From contig DASPVQ010000001.1 of the NCBI GenBank assembly GCA_035622275.1, positions 10,607-74,606 of the forward strand: 64,000 nucleotides of DNA. The letters run 5' to 3'. The notes beneath the pieces were generated by a model. The model was not told the DNA's origin. It searched no databases and was given only the letters and a program-made list of their open reading frames with translations. The translations under genes and the position numbers were made by a program. The stretch's first letter is position 1. Every line of letters begins with the position of its first letter. This DNA comes from Thermoplasmata archaeon. GTDB lineage: Archaea; Thermoplasmatota; Thermoplasmata; Lutacidiplasmatales; UBA184. Positions 9,054 to 17,582 of the stretch are shown here, one piece after another.

Positions 9054-10223
9054 GTGCGCGAGGTCGCCGTCCTCGGCGCCGGCATGACGAAGTTCGGCGA
9101 GCTGTGGGACCGCTCGTTCCGCGAGATCGGAATCGAGGCCGGGCTCCAGGCGCTCGTGGACGCGCGGCTCTCCTCCGCCGACCTCGGGGCCCTCTACCTC
9201 GGCAACATGGCCTCGGGCACGCTCATCGACCAGGAGCACATCGCCCCGCTGATCCTCGACTACTCCGGGCTCGGGGGTCGCCACCTGCCCGGCGTGCGCG
9301 TCGAGGCCGGCGGCGCCTCGGGCGCGCTCGCCTTCCACCAGGGCTACCTCGCGGTGGCGAGCGGGCTCTACGACTTCGTGGTCGTCGGGGGGGCCGAAAA
9401 GCTCACCGACGTCCCCGACGCCACCGGCAACCAGATCACGAGCTCCGCCGCCGACCACGAATGGGAGGTCGTCTTCGGCGCTACCCTCCCGGCACTGTGG
9501 GCGCTGATCGCCCGGCGCCACATGCACCAGTACGGCACGACACGCGAGCAGCTCGCGCGCGTTCCGGTGCAGGCGCACGAGATGGGCTCGCGCAACCCCA
9601 ACGCCCACTACCGCAACAAGATCACGCTCGATCAGGTCCTCGGGGCGGGGCCGGTCGCCGAGCCGCTGGGGGTCTTCGACTGCGCGCCGCTCTCGGACGG
9701 CGCGGCGGCGGTCGTCCTCGGGCCGCTCGAGCTTGCCCAGCGCTACACCGACACCCCGCTGCGGGTAGCGGGCTGCCAGGTCGCCTGCGACTCCCTCGCG
9801 GTCCAGCACCGCCGGGACCCGACCACGCTGGACTCGACCGTCGTCGCCGCCCGGCGAGCGTTCGAGCAGGCGCGGCGGGCGCCGGCCGACGTCGACGTCG
9901 CTGAGATCCACGACGCCTACTCGATCAGCGCGCTCGTATCGCTCGAGGACCTCGGCTTCTGCGAGAAGGGCGAGGCCGGCCCGCAGTTCGAGGCCGGGCG
10001 CTTCGCCCCGGGCGGGGCGCTGCCGGTGAACATGTCCGGCGGGTTGAAGGCCCAGGGCCGGCCGTTCGGCGCGGTCGGGGTCGCCCAGATCGTCGAGCTC
10101 GTCCGGCAGCTGCGCGGCACGGCGAAGGAGCGCCAGGTGCCCGACGCCGAGATCGGCCTCGCTCAGGACGTCGGCGGCACCGGCGCGACCAGCGTCGTCA
10201 CGCTGCTCGAACGGGCGAGCTAG
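9054..10223 (+). CDS. archaeal thiolase-family protein of the HMGCS-thiolase-DUF35 complex; catalytic residues substituted
   Basis: GMTKFGE, VVGGAEK, SDGAAAV, NMSGGLK thiolase fold motifs; EAGGASG, HDAY and GRP in place of EAACASG, HDCF and GHP. Confidence 0.9.
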   Translation: MREVAVLGAGMTKFGELWDRSFREIGIEAGLQALVDARLSSADLGALYLGNMASGTLIDQEHIAPLILDYSGLGGRHLPGVRVEAGGASGALAFHQGYLAVASGLYDFVVVGGAEKLTDVPDATGNQITSSAADHEWEVVFGATLPALWALIARRHMHQYGTTREQLARVPVQAHEMGSRNPNAHYRNKITLDQVLGAGPVAEPLGVFDCAPLSDGAAAVVLGPLELAQRYTDTPLRVAGCQVACDSLAVQHRRDPTTLDSTVVAARRAFEQARRAPADVDVAEIHDAYSISALVSLEDLGFCEKGEAGPQFEAGRFAPGGALPVNMSGGLKAQGRPFGAVGVAQIVELVRQLRGTAKERQVPDAEIGLAQDVGGTGATSVVTLLERAS

Positions 10224-10233
10224 CGGGAGGCCG

Positions 10234-10722
10234 ATGTCGATCGCACGCTTCTGGCGCGAAACGCCCCGCCGCTACAACCTGGGCGGCTCGAAGTGCACGA
10301 TGTGCGGCACCGCCTACTTCCCGCCGCGTCTCGTGTGTCCGACCTGCGCCCACCACCGCGAGTCGATCGAGAAGATGGTGCCGTTCCAGCTGTCGGGCGA
10401 CGGCGAGGTGCTGTCGTTCACGATCGTCCACGACCCGGCCGAGGGCTTCGAGATGCAGGTGCCCTACGTCGTCGCGCTCGTGAAGACCGTGGAGGGGCCG
10501 GTGCTGACCGGACAGATCGTCGACATCGAGCCGGAGAACGCGCGCATCGGCCTCAAGGTCCGGGCGACGTTCCGCAAGCTGCGCGAGGAGGGCAAGGCCG
10601 GCGTGATCCACTACGGCTACAAGTTCGCCCCGGCCGAGGAGGTCCCGGATCGGCGGCCCGAGGGGCGGTCCGCCCAGGCCCCGGCCGTGCGGCCCGTGGA
10701 GTCCGACCGGGCGTCCGCGTGA
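10234..10722 (+). CDS. DUF35 Zn-ribbon/OB-fold protein
   Basis: KCTMCG..FPPRLVCPTC, ATFRKL, IHYGYKF; directly after the thiolase. Confidence 0.92.
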   Translation: MSIARFWRETPRRYNLGGSKCTMCGTAYFPPRLVCPTCAHHRESIEKMVPFQLSGDGEVLSFTIVHDPAEGFEMQVPYVVALVKTVEGPVLTGQIVDIEPENARIGLKVRATFRKLREEGKAGVIHYGYKFAPAEEVPDRRPEGRSAQAPAVRPVESDRASA

Positions 10723-11495
10723 GCGCGCCCGAGCGACGCGGCGCGGTCCCGCCGCCCGATTCCGAGCCGCCGGCCGACGAGGAGTTCGCGCGCACCTACG
10801 CCGCCGGGTACGCCGAGGGCGTCGAGAGCGCGCTGCGCGAGGTGCTCCAGCACGCGGCCCGCGGCCACACCGCGCAGGAGCTTCGGATCCTCGTGGAGAG
10901 CCGCCTCGCCCGCCTCGAGGAGGAGGTCGAGCTCAAGCGGCGCAGCCTGCTCGCACCGCCACGGCGGCCGGCGTGGGGCTCGCTGCTGCGCGCCCCGCAG
11001 CCGACGCGCGCCTGGTCTCCTCCGTTCGGGGGCACGACCGCCGCCCCGAGCCGCATCGGGGCGGGCCGCAGCCTCCTGGTCCGGGAGGAGCGACCCGCGC
11101 GCGCGGTGGAGATCCTGCGCGCGAGCGTCCACGATTTCCCCCGGTGCGCGATCGTGTCGCTGCGACCTCCCGAGCTGCCCGGCGTCTCGCCCGAGCGTCG
11201 GATCGACATCAGCCCGGGAGGGCCGGAGCCCGGCGCCGGCGGGCGGCTCTCCCCGGGGGAAATCGGTGGGCACCTGCGGGCCCCCACGGAGGCGCCCGGC
11301 GGCGCCCTCGTCTACGTCGACGCGCTCGAGTACCTCGCCGGAGAGTACGGGCTCGAGCTCACCCTCAAGTTCGTCCACTGGCTCGTCGGCCAGGTCGAGC
11401 AGACCGCGAGCGCGCTCGTCGTCTCCTTCGACCGGCGCTCGCTGGACAGCCGCGAGATGAGCCGCCTCGAGCGCGCGTTCCAGCAGCTCGTGTAG
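10719..11495 (+). CDS. DUF835 domain-containing protein
   Basis: C-terminal VYVDALEYLAGEYGLELTLKFVHWL..REMSRLER typical of DUF835; GTG overlaps the DUF35 stop. Confidence 0.75.
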   Translation: MSAPERRGAVPPPDSEPPADEEFARTYAAGYAEGVESALREVLQHAARGHTAQELRILVESRLARLEEEVELKRRSLLAPPRRPAWGSLLRAPQPTRAWSPPFGGTTAAPSRIGAGRSLLVREERPARAVEILRASVHDFPRCAIVSLRPPELPGVSPERRIDISPGGPEPGAGGRLSPGEIGGHLRAPTEAPGGALVYVDALEYLAGEYGLELTLKFVHWLVGQVEQTASALVVSFDRRSLDSREMSRLERAFQQLV

Positions 11496-11565
11496 CGCCG
11501 GCCGAGCGCTGCCGCACGACCCATAAGCTTTCGACCCCTGCCGGCGAGCCCCGATGCGGTCGCGG

Positions 11566-12780
11566 ATGGAGATCGCCTTCTACACCGACTCCTACGTCCC
11601 GATGCAGGACGGGGTCGCGGTCGTGAGCGCCGGCCTCGCCCGCGCGCTTCGGCGGCTCGGTCACGGCGTGCGGGTGTTCGCCCCCAATCCGGTCGTCGGG
11701 CGTCCGACCGAGGAGGGCGAGGAGGACGGGATCCCGGTGACGCGGGTCCGATCGCTGCCGGTACCGCTCTACGGCCAGTACCGCTGGCCGCTGAACCCGC
11801 TCGCCCTGATCCGCGAGCACCGCGGCGCCGCCGACGCCGACCTCCTCCACCTGCACACGCCCGGCGGGATCGGCAGCGCCGGTTTCCTCGCCGCCCGGCG
11901 GTTCGATCGGCCGCTGGTCGGCACGTTCCACACGAACCTGAAGGAGATGCGCGAGAGCGTCCCGCAGAAGTTCCTCGTGCCGACCTTCTTCCGGATCGCC
12001 TGGTGGTACAACCTCGGGACGTACTGGCGCTGCGACGTTGCGACCGCCCCGAGCCGCGCCGCGCGCGAGGCGCTCGAGGAGGCCGTCCGCAAGCCGTTCC
12101 GCCGGCCGGTCGAGGTGGTGCCGAACGGCGTCGACGTCGACCGGTTCCGGCCGGGCCTGTCGGTCCCCGACTGGCGCGAGCGCTGCGGGCTCCCGCGCGA
12201 TCCCCTCGTCACCTACCTCGGACGCCTGACCGTCGACAAGGGGGTCCACCGGTTCCTGGACGCGCTCGCAGCGGCGGCCGGCGCGACCGACCTCGTGGGC
12301 GTCGTGGGAGGCGCGGGGCCGGAGGCGGGGGCGGTCCGCGATCGGATCCGCGCCGACCCCCGCCTCGCCGGCCGGGTCCGCTACGTCGGGCCGGTCGCCG
12401 AGGTGGAGAAGCCGTCGCTCCTCAGCCAGACCGACCTGTTCGTCCTCCCGTCGACCAGCGACACGTCGAGCATCGCGCTGCTCGAGGCGATGGCGTCGGG
12501 CGTCGCGGTCGTCGCCCCGGCCGCGGGCGGCGCCGCCGAGGTCGTCGCGGACGGCGTCACCGGCCGTCGCGTCCCCGTCCTGGAGGCCGGAGCCCTCTCC
12601 GCGGCGGTGCGCGATCTGCTCGACGACCCAGCCCGGCGGGAGGCGATGGGGCGCGCCGCCGCCGAGGAGGTCCGCCGGACCGCGTCGCTCGACACGATGG
12701 CCCGTCGCTTTATCTCTCTCTACGAGCTAGCAATCGCCGCGAGGGGTCGCGGTGAGCGCCGTTCCGCTGTCCGAGCTTGA
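11566..12780 (+). CDS. glycosyltransferase family 4
   Basis: FYTDSYVPMQDGV, VPNGVD, YLGRLTVDKG, FVLPS..LLEAMASG. Confidence 0.92.
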   Translation: MEIAFYTDSYVPMQDGVAVVSAGLARALRRLGHGVRVFAPNPVVGRPTEEGEEDGIPVTRVRSLPVPLYGQYRWPLNPLALIREHRGAADADLLHLHTPGGIGSAGFLAARRFDRPLVGTFHTNLKEMRESVPQKFLVPTFFRIAWWYNLGTYWRCDVATAPSRAAREALEEAVRKPFRRPVEVVPNGVDVDRFRPGLSVPDWRERCGLPRDPLVTYLGRLTVDKGVHRFLDALAAAAGATDLVGVVGGAGPEAGAVRDRIRADPRLAGRVRYVGPVAEVEKPSLLSQTDLFVLPSTSDTSSIALLEAMASGVAVVAPAAGGAAEVVADGVTGRRVPVLEAGALSAAVRDLLDDPARREAMGRAAAEEVRRTASLDTMARRFISLYELAIAARGRGERRSAVRA

Positions 12781-13810
12781 TCGCCTGGCGCGCACGCTGG
12801 GCGGCGATCGCCACGACGCCTTCAGCGAGCGGGCGCTCGCCCGGGCCTACGAGGAGTACCGCTCCCGCCCCCGGCCCGCGCTTGCGGCCGTGAGCCTCGT
12901 CTCCGACGGGCGGCCGTTCCCGAGCCTCGCGGCCCTCCTGATGGACCCGGCCGCCCGGTTCGACTCGGGCGAGCTCACGCTCGCCTCGGCCCCGGCCCCG
13001 GGGTCGGCCTGGAGGTTCCTCGTCCCGTTCGAGCGGCTCGTCTTCTCGCCCGACGGCTCGGTGGAGCTGCATCCGGCCGACGGGGCCCCAGCGGTCCGCG
13101 GGATCGCGCGCGCGCTCCTGCGCGAGCACTACCTCGTCCGCTCCCAGGCCGAGGAGGAGCAGGGCGCCTCGGGCGGGCCCCGCGTCGAGCTGCGCGGCCT
13201 GCGCGGCACGCTCGCCGAGGCCGCGCGGGTGTGCCGCGAGGCGCGGATCATCCCGTTCGGTGTCGCGATCCTCGTCTACCTCGCCGACGAGCGGGTGCGC
13301 TTCGAGTTCGACGCGGTGCACACGACGCTCCTGCCCGACCCCCGGGCCGGACGCCTCAGCCCGACCCGGCGGACGCGGCGCAGCGCGCGCCTGAGCTGGG
13401 CGGTCGACGGCTACGTCGCCCGATCCGACCTCTCGGTGCTCGGCGCCCGGTGCCTGGAGATCCTGGTCGAGTCGCCCGGTCTCACCTCCGTCGAGCTGTC
13501 GTACGTCTTCGGCGGGGTCCGCGAGCTCGTCGACTCGGCGCTCCAGGGCCTCGTCCAGCATGGGATCATCTCCTTCGACCACCGGACCGGCACCTACCGC
13601 GCGCGACTCGAGGCGTTCCAGGCCGCCGGCCCCGCCCCCTCCCTCGAGCCGGGCGGCCCCCCCGGCGACCCGGCGCTCCGCACGAGCGTCCAGGAACTGA
13701 TCGCGGCGGCGGACGCGCGGGCCACCTGCCCGCTGTGCGGGCGCCCGCTGCCGGCCGGCCCCAAGACGATCCTGTGCGACGAGTGCGCCGCGCGCGTCGG
13801 CGCCGCCTAG
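12752..13810 (+). CDS. hypothetical protein with a winged-HTH-like segment and a C-terminal Zn ribbon
   Basis: CLEILVESPGLTSVELSYVFG..SALQGLVQHGII; CPLCG..ILCDEC. Confidence 0.7.
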   Translation: MSAVPLSELDRLARTLGGDRHDAFSERALARAYEEYRSRPRPALAAVSLVSDGRPFPSLAALLMDPAARFDSGELTLASAPAPGSAWRFLVPFERLVFSPDGSVELHPADGAPAVRGIARALLREHYLVRSQAEEEQGASGGPRVELRGLRGTLAEAARVCREARIIPFGVAILVYLADERVRFEFDAVHTTLLPDPRAGRLSPTRRTRRSARLSWAVDGYVARSDLSVLGARCLEILVESPGLTSVELSYVFGGVRELVDSALQGLVQHGIISFDHRTGTYRARLEAFQAAGPAPSLEPGGPPGDPALRTSVQELIAAADARATCPLCGRPLPAGPKTILCDECAARVGAA

Positions 13811-13821
13811 GGACGGCGCGA

Positions 13822-13928
13822 CGGGCCTGTCGGGATGCTCCGCTCCGGGCGGGGGGCGCCCGGAGCCTTTGAACCCGAGTTCGCTGGCTTAGAAGGCCAG
13901 TGCTTTCTCCCAGCTAAGCTACAGGCCC
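13822..13928 (-). tRNA. tRNA-Arg(UCU) with a 32-nt intron (13836-13867) in the T loop at position 59/60
   Basis: minus strand: GGGCCTG/CAGGCCC acceptor; GCTT/AAGC D stem; CTGGC-CTTCTAA-GCCAG anticodon arm; TCGGG-TTCAAA[intron]T-CCCGA; G73. Confidence 0.92.
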
Positions 13929-13933
13929 GCGCG

Positions 13934-14578
13934 CTAGACGGTGGTCGCTTCCTTAACCCTTCGCCCGGTCCCGCGCCGGACCGTCACCGTCCCCCGGGCC
14001 CGGCGGGGGCCGGGCCGGTCGGCGGACGCGACGAGGTGGGCGAGCCGCAGCGGCTCCGGCCAGAAGCCGCGCACCCGAGCGCGTCGCACCAGCGCGATCG
14101 CCTCGGCGCGCCGGCACCCGACGGCCGTCGCGAGCAGGGGAGCGCCGTCGGTCGGCACCCGGAAGAGCCGGTGCGCGCGCAGCAACCGCCAGCGGCGCGC
14201 CGCATCGGTCCCGAACCAGGTCGAGAGCGCGGCGCGGATCCGGGGAAAGTCGGGCGGCCGACGGGTGAGCGCCACGACGGGGAGGCCGAGGCTCTGTCCG
14301 ATCGCGTCGAGGTCGAGGACGTTGAAGCCGCCAACGACCGCGCCGTCGAGCAGGAGGGCCCGCACCCCGTCCAGCGGACCGGTCGACCGCACGAGCGCGA
14401 TCACGGCCTCGGTGCCGTCGCGGCCGTCGACCCGAACGCGGCCGCGGCGGACCGACTCCACGTAGCCCGGCAGCGACACCACCACCGCGGCGAGGGGGGC
14501 GAAGCGGGCCCGTCGATCGAACGCGCCGTCGTCCACGGCGACCAGGCGCGGGTGCGGCTTGGCGAGCGCGCGCCGCAA
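13934..14578 (-). CDS. DUF99 / UPF0215 family (endonuclease V-like, endonuclease dU)
   Basis: VAVDDGAF, VRVDGRDGT, LLDGAVVGGFNVLD, PEPLRLAHLVAS; TTG start inferred. Confidence 0.82.
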   Translation of the reverse strand: MRRALAKPHPRLVAVDDGAFDRRARFAPLAAVVVSLPGYVESVRRGRVRVDGRDGTEAVIALVRSTGPLDGVRALLLDGAVVGGFNVLDLDAIGQSLGLPVVALTRRPPDFPRIRAALSTWFGTDAARRWRLLRAHRLFRVPTDGAPLLATAVGCRRAEAIALVRRARVRGFWPEPLRLAHLVASADRPGPRRARGTVTVRRGTGRRVKEATTV

Positions 14579-14611
14579 GGCTAAGAGGCCCGCGACGCTC
14601 GCCGCCGCGCG

Positions 14612-15529
14612 ATGGGCGCGACGACCGTCTACGTCCGCTGCCCGAACTGCGGCGGAGAGATCCGGGCGACGCTCGCGCCCGGTCCGCCGACCCAGTGGTT
14701 TCCCTGCCCCCACTGCCGGGCGCCGGTGCCGGTCGTGGCCCCCCGCGACCCACCCCCCCTCTACACGTGGGAGGTGATGCCGGGGCTTTACCCCGCTCTG
14801 CCGAGCCCGCGCCTGCCGCGTCGTCGCTCCGGGCGCCCGATCGCGGTCACGCTGATCGCGATCGCCGTCGTCGCGGCGGCGCTGGCCGGGGTCCTCGCCT
14901 ACGACGGCTGGCTCGCGGTGCAGCCGGCGAGCTTCGCGGTCGCCGGCACGGTCGAGCACGCCGAGAACGGGCTCCTCGTCCCGATCGCCGGGGCGACGGT
15001 GCGCCTGACGAACGACGCGAACCAGTCGACCTCGCTGACGACCGGCCTGAACGGCGGATTCGCCTTCGCCGGCGTCCCGCCGGGCGGCGTCAGCCTGAAC
15101 GTCAGCGCGGTGGGCTTCTCGCCGGTGACGGTCACGACGTTCGTCTCGTCCGTGTACGCGGCGCCGGCGACGGGGCTCATGGTCGAGCTGAGCCCGGGCG
15201 GCGCGAACAACGGCACGGCGGTGGCGCTCGCCGCGTTCCCGGACCTGGAGCAGTTCGAGGCCGCCCTCGGGAGCGGCGCGGTCCTGCTCGCGATCGTGAC
15301 CGTCGTCGCGGGCGCCGCGGCGGTCGCCACCGACCGCGACGAGCGGCCCGCGCTTTCGGTGGTCGGCGGCGCCGCGGGGATCCTCTCGCCGTTCGTGCTG
15401 TTCTACCTGTCGCTGTCCAACGTCTTCCCCCTCCTCACGCTCGCGACGGCGGCGCTCGCCGGCGCCGGCACGGTCGTGGTGGGCGTGCGGGCGGCCCGTC
15501 TCGCCGAGACCGGACCGGCGGCCGACTAG
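14612..15529 (+). CDS. membrane protein: N-terminal Zn ribbon, TM helix, carboxypeptidase-regulatory-like beta domain, about 3 C-terminal TM helices
   Basis: CPNCG..CPHC; PIAGATVRLT..TGLNGGFAFAGVPPG..LNVSAVGF; hydrophobic segments. Confidence 0.75.
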   Translation: MGATTVYVRCPNCGGEIRATLAPGPPTQWFPCPHCRAPVPVVAPRDPPPLYTWEVMPGLYPALPSPRLPRRRSGRPIAVTLIAIAVVAAALAGVLAYDGWLAVQPASFAVAGTVEHAENGLLVPIAGATVRLTNDANQSTSLTTGLNGGFAFAGVPPGGVSLNVSAVGFSPVTVTTFVSSVYAAPATGLMVELSPGGANNGTAVALAAFPDLEQFEAALGSGAVLLAIVTVVAGAAAVATDRDERPALSVVGGAAGILSPFVLFYLSLSNVFPLLTLATAALAGAGTVVVGVRAARLAETGPAAD

Positions 15530-16035
15530 GCCGATCCGGGGGGGTTGGGGGCCCCCCGCCCGGCGGGGATCCCGCGCGCCGGCGCCGCGATCGGACGGCG
15601 GTTGCGGTAGCCGCCCCCGATCGGGTGGAAGAAGGCGACGCGCGCCTCGCCGCGCTGCCAGCAGAGGAAGACGAGCTCGCCGCCCTCCAGTCCGTAGAAA
15701 TCGACGAGGCCGCTCTCCAGGTCCTTGAGCTCGATCCCTTCCGCGCGCAGCCCTCCGATCGCCTCCTCGAGGCGGTGGGTCAGGTTCGTCCACTCCGCGT
15801 CGAGGCGCTGCTTGAGCTCGTGATCCGCCTGGTCCGACGCGTCGACATCCGCGCCCCAGAAGCCGACGAGCCGCTGGACCTCCGCGTGCACCTCGCGCAG
15901 GCGGACGACCCAGCCGCGCAGGCGGGGCAGCAGCTCCTCGAGCTCCGGGATCCGGCCGCTCGCCTCCTCGGCCGTCCACAGGCGGGGCGGCGCGGAACGC
16001 TCCGTTCCGCGGCGGTCCGCCGAGCGCGCTGTCAC
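15526..16035 (-). CDS. DUF2203 family protein
   Basis: WTAEEA..IP, GIELKDLESGLVDF, FLCWQRGE, FFH..GGYRNRRPI. Confidence 0.85.
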   Translation of the reverse strand: MTARSADRRGTERSAPPRLWTAEEASGRIPELEELLPRLRGWVVRLREVHAEVQRLVGFWGADVDASDQADHELKQRLDAEWTNLTHRLEEAIGGLRAEGIELKDLESGLVDFYGLEGGELVFLCWQRGEARVAFFHPIGGGYRNRRPIAAPARGIPAGRGAPNPPGSA

Positions 16036-16119
16036 GGGGTTTCCTCGTCGGCAAGAATACGGTCCCCCTATTTACGCCCGCGAGAGCGCCCGGGTAACCG
16101 CGCGGAGCGCGGCCGGCGA

Positions 16120-17361
16120 CTACGTCGGCCCGAGCGCGACGCGCTCGATCGGCCAGCCCCGGCTGCGGTACGCGCGCTCGACGGCGTCACCGTGGAGGGC
16201 ATCGCGGACCTCGAGCTCGACCTCGACCGTGACCTCGCCGGGGGGCCGGTCCGGCGACTCGCGGCCGTGGTAGATGTGCCGCACGTTTGCCCCGCCTTCG
16301 GCCGCGACATGCAGGAACGCCTCGAGGCGGCCGGGCTGGTCGCGGAGCGGCGCGCGCAGCCGGAGCAGGCGACCCTCGGCCGCGAGGCCGATGAACAGGA
16401 TGCGGTCGAGCAGGAACGGGTCGATGTTCCCGCCGCTCACGACGAGCACGGTCGGGCCCGGATCGGCCAGCGCCGGCTGCTCGAGGAGCGCCGCGAGCGG
16501 CGTGGCGCCGGCCCCCTCGGCGAGGACCTTGGCCTGCTCCAGGAGGAGGAAGGCGGCGCGCGCGATCGTCCGGTCGTCGACGACGACCGCCCGCGCCCCC
16601 GCCGCCTTCAGGATCGCCAAGGGCAGGTCGCCGATCTGGCGCGTCGCGAGCCCGTCGGCGAAGGTCGCGGGCCGCGGGCCGACCACGACCCGTCCACGCT
16701 CCAGGGACGGACGCAGGTTATCGCACCCCTTCGGCTGGACGCCCACAAGCTCCGCCGCGTGACCCCGGCCGCGCACGGCGGCGGCGATCCCTGCGAACAG
16801 GCCGCCGCCGCCGACCCCGACGACGATCCGCCGCACGGTCGGTAGGGCCTCGAGGATCTCGAGGCCCACCGTGCCCTGTCCGGCGATCACCGCCGCGTCG
16901 TCGTACGGGTGCACGTAGGTGAGCTGGTCCTCGCGGGCGAGCCGCACCGAGTGCTCGTGGGCCTCGTCGTAGTCGCTGCCCCGCAGCACGACCGTCGCAC
17001 CGAGAGCCTCGGTGAGGTGGACCTTGAGCGGGGAGGCGTTCTCCGCCATCACGATCGTCGCCGGCACCCCGCGCGCTCGAGCCGCCCAGGCGACCCCCAG
17101 CGCGTGGTTGCCGGCGGAGGCGGTGATCACGCCGCGCTTCGCTTCCTCCTCGGAGAGGCGCGCGATGCGGTTCGTCGCCCCCCGCAGCTTGAACGCCCCG
17201 GTCCGCTGCAGGTTCTCCAGTTTCAAGTAAACCGGCGTGTCGGGCAGGCCGGGCAGCCGGGGCGCCAGCACGAGCGGCGTCGGCGCGATCGAGGGCGCGA
17301 TCGTCCGCGCTGCGGCCTCGATCTCCGCGAGCGTCACGGGGAGCGCAGGACCGCCGGCCAT
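16120..17361 (-). CDS. ilvA: threonine/serine ammonia-lyase with C-terminal ACT domain
   Basis: KLENLQRTGAFKLRGA, SAGNHA, VGGGGL, SGGNID, LRDQPGRL. Confidence 0.92.
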   Translation of the reverse strand: MAGGPALPVTLAEIEAAARTIAPSIAPTPLVLAPRLPGLPDTPVYLKLENLQRTGAFKLRGATNRIARLSEEEAKRGVITASAGNHALGVAWAARARGVPATIVMAENASPLKVHLTEALGATVVLRGSDYDEAHEHSVRLAREDQLTYVHPYDDAAVIAGQGTVGLEILEALPTVRRIVVGVGGGGLFAGIAAAVRGRGHAAELVGVQPKGCDNLRPSLERGRVVVGPRPATFADGLATRQIGDLPLAILKAAGARAVVVDDRTIARAAFLLLEQAKVLAEGAGATPLAALLEQPALADPGPTVLVVSGGNIDPFLLDRILFIGLAAEGRLLRLRAPLRDQPGRLEAFLHVAAEGGANVRHIYHGRESPDRPPGEVTVEVELEVRDALHGDAVERAYRSRGWPIERVALGPT

Positions 17362-17525
17362 CCGGATCGGTCCGCCGGACCGGAGCCGCGCGCTTAATCG
17401 TTCGGGTCGGTCCGATCGGCTCCGGCGCGGCCGACTCCTCTACGCGCGCGTTCGAGCGCGCCGGCCCCGCGCGGGCGCCGGAACGGCGCCGCTCTGTCGG
17501 TAAAACATCAATTTTGCGGCAGCGC

Positions 17526-17532
17526 TTAAATA
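17526..17532 (+). promoter_or_regulatory. TATA box of the ribosomal protein superoperon
   Basis: TTAAATA about 55 nt upstream of the L3 ATG; GGAGG in the leader. Confidence 0.7.
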
Positions 17533-17582
17533 GGGCACATTTCTCCCCCGTCCCCACCGGAGGCAGGACCCCCTATCGACCC

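Noticed and set aside
17362..17520. GC hairpins between ilvA and rpl3, including a TTCGA loop resembling a T arm
   Set aside because: No acceptor stem, D arm or anticodon arm can be built; short GC stems are expected by chance.
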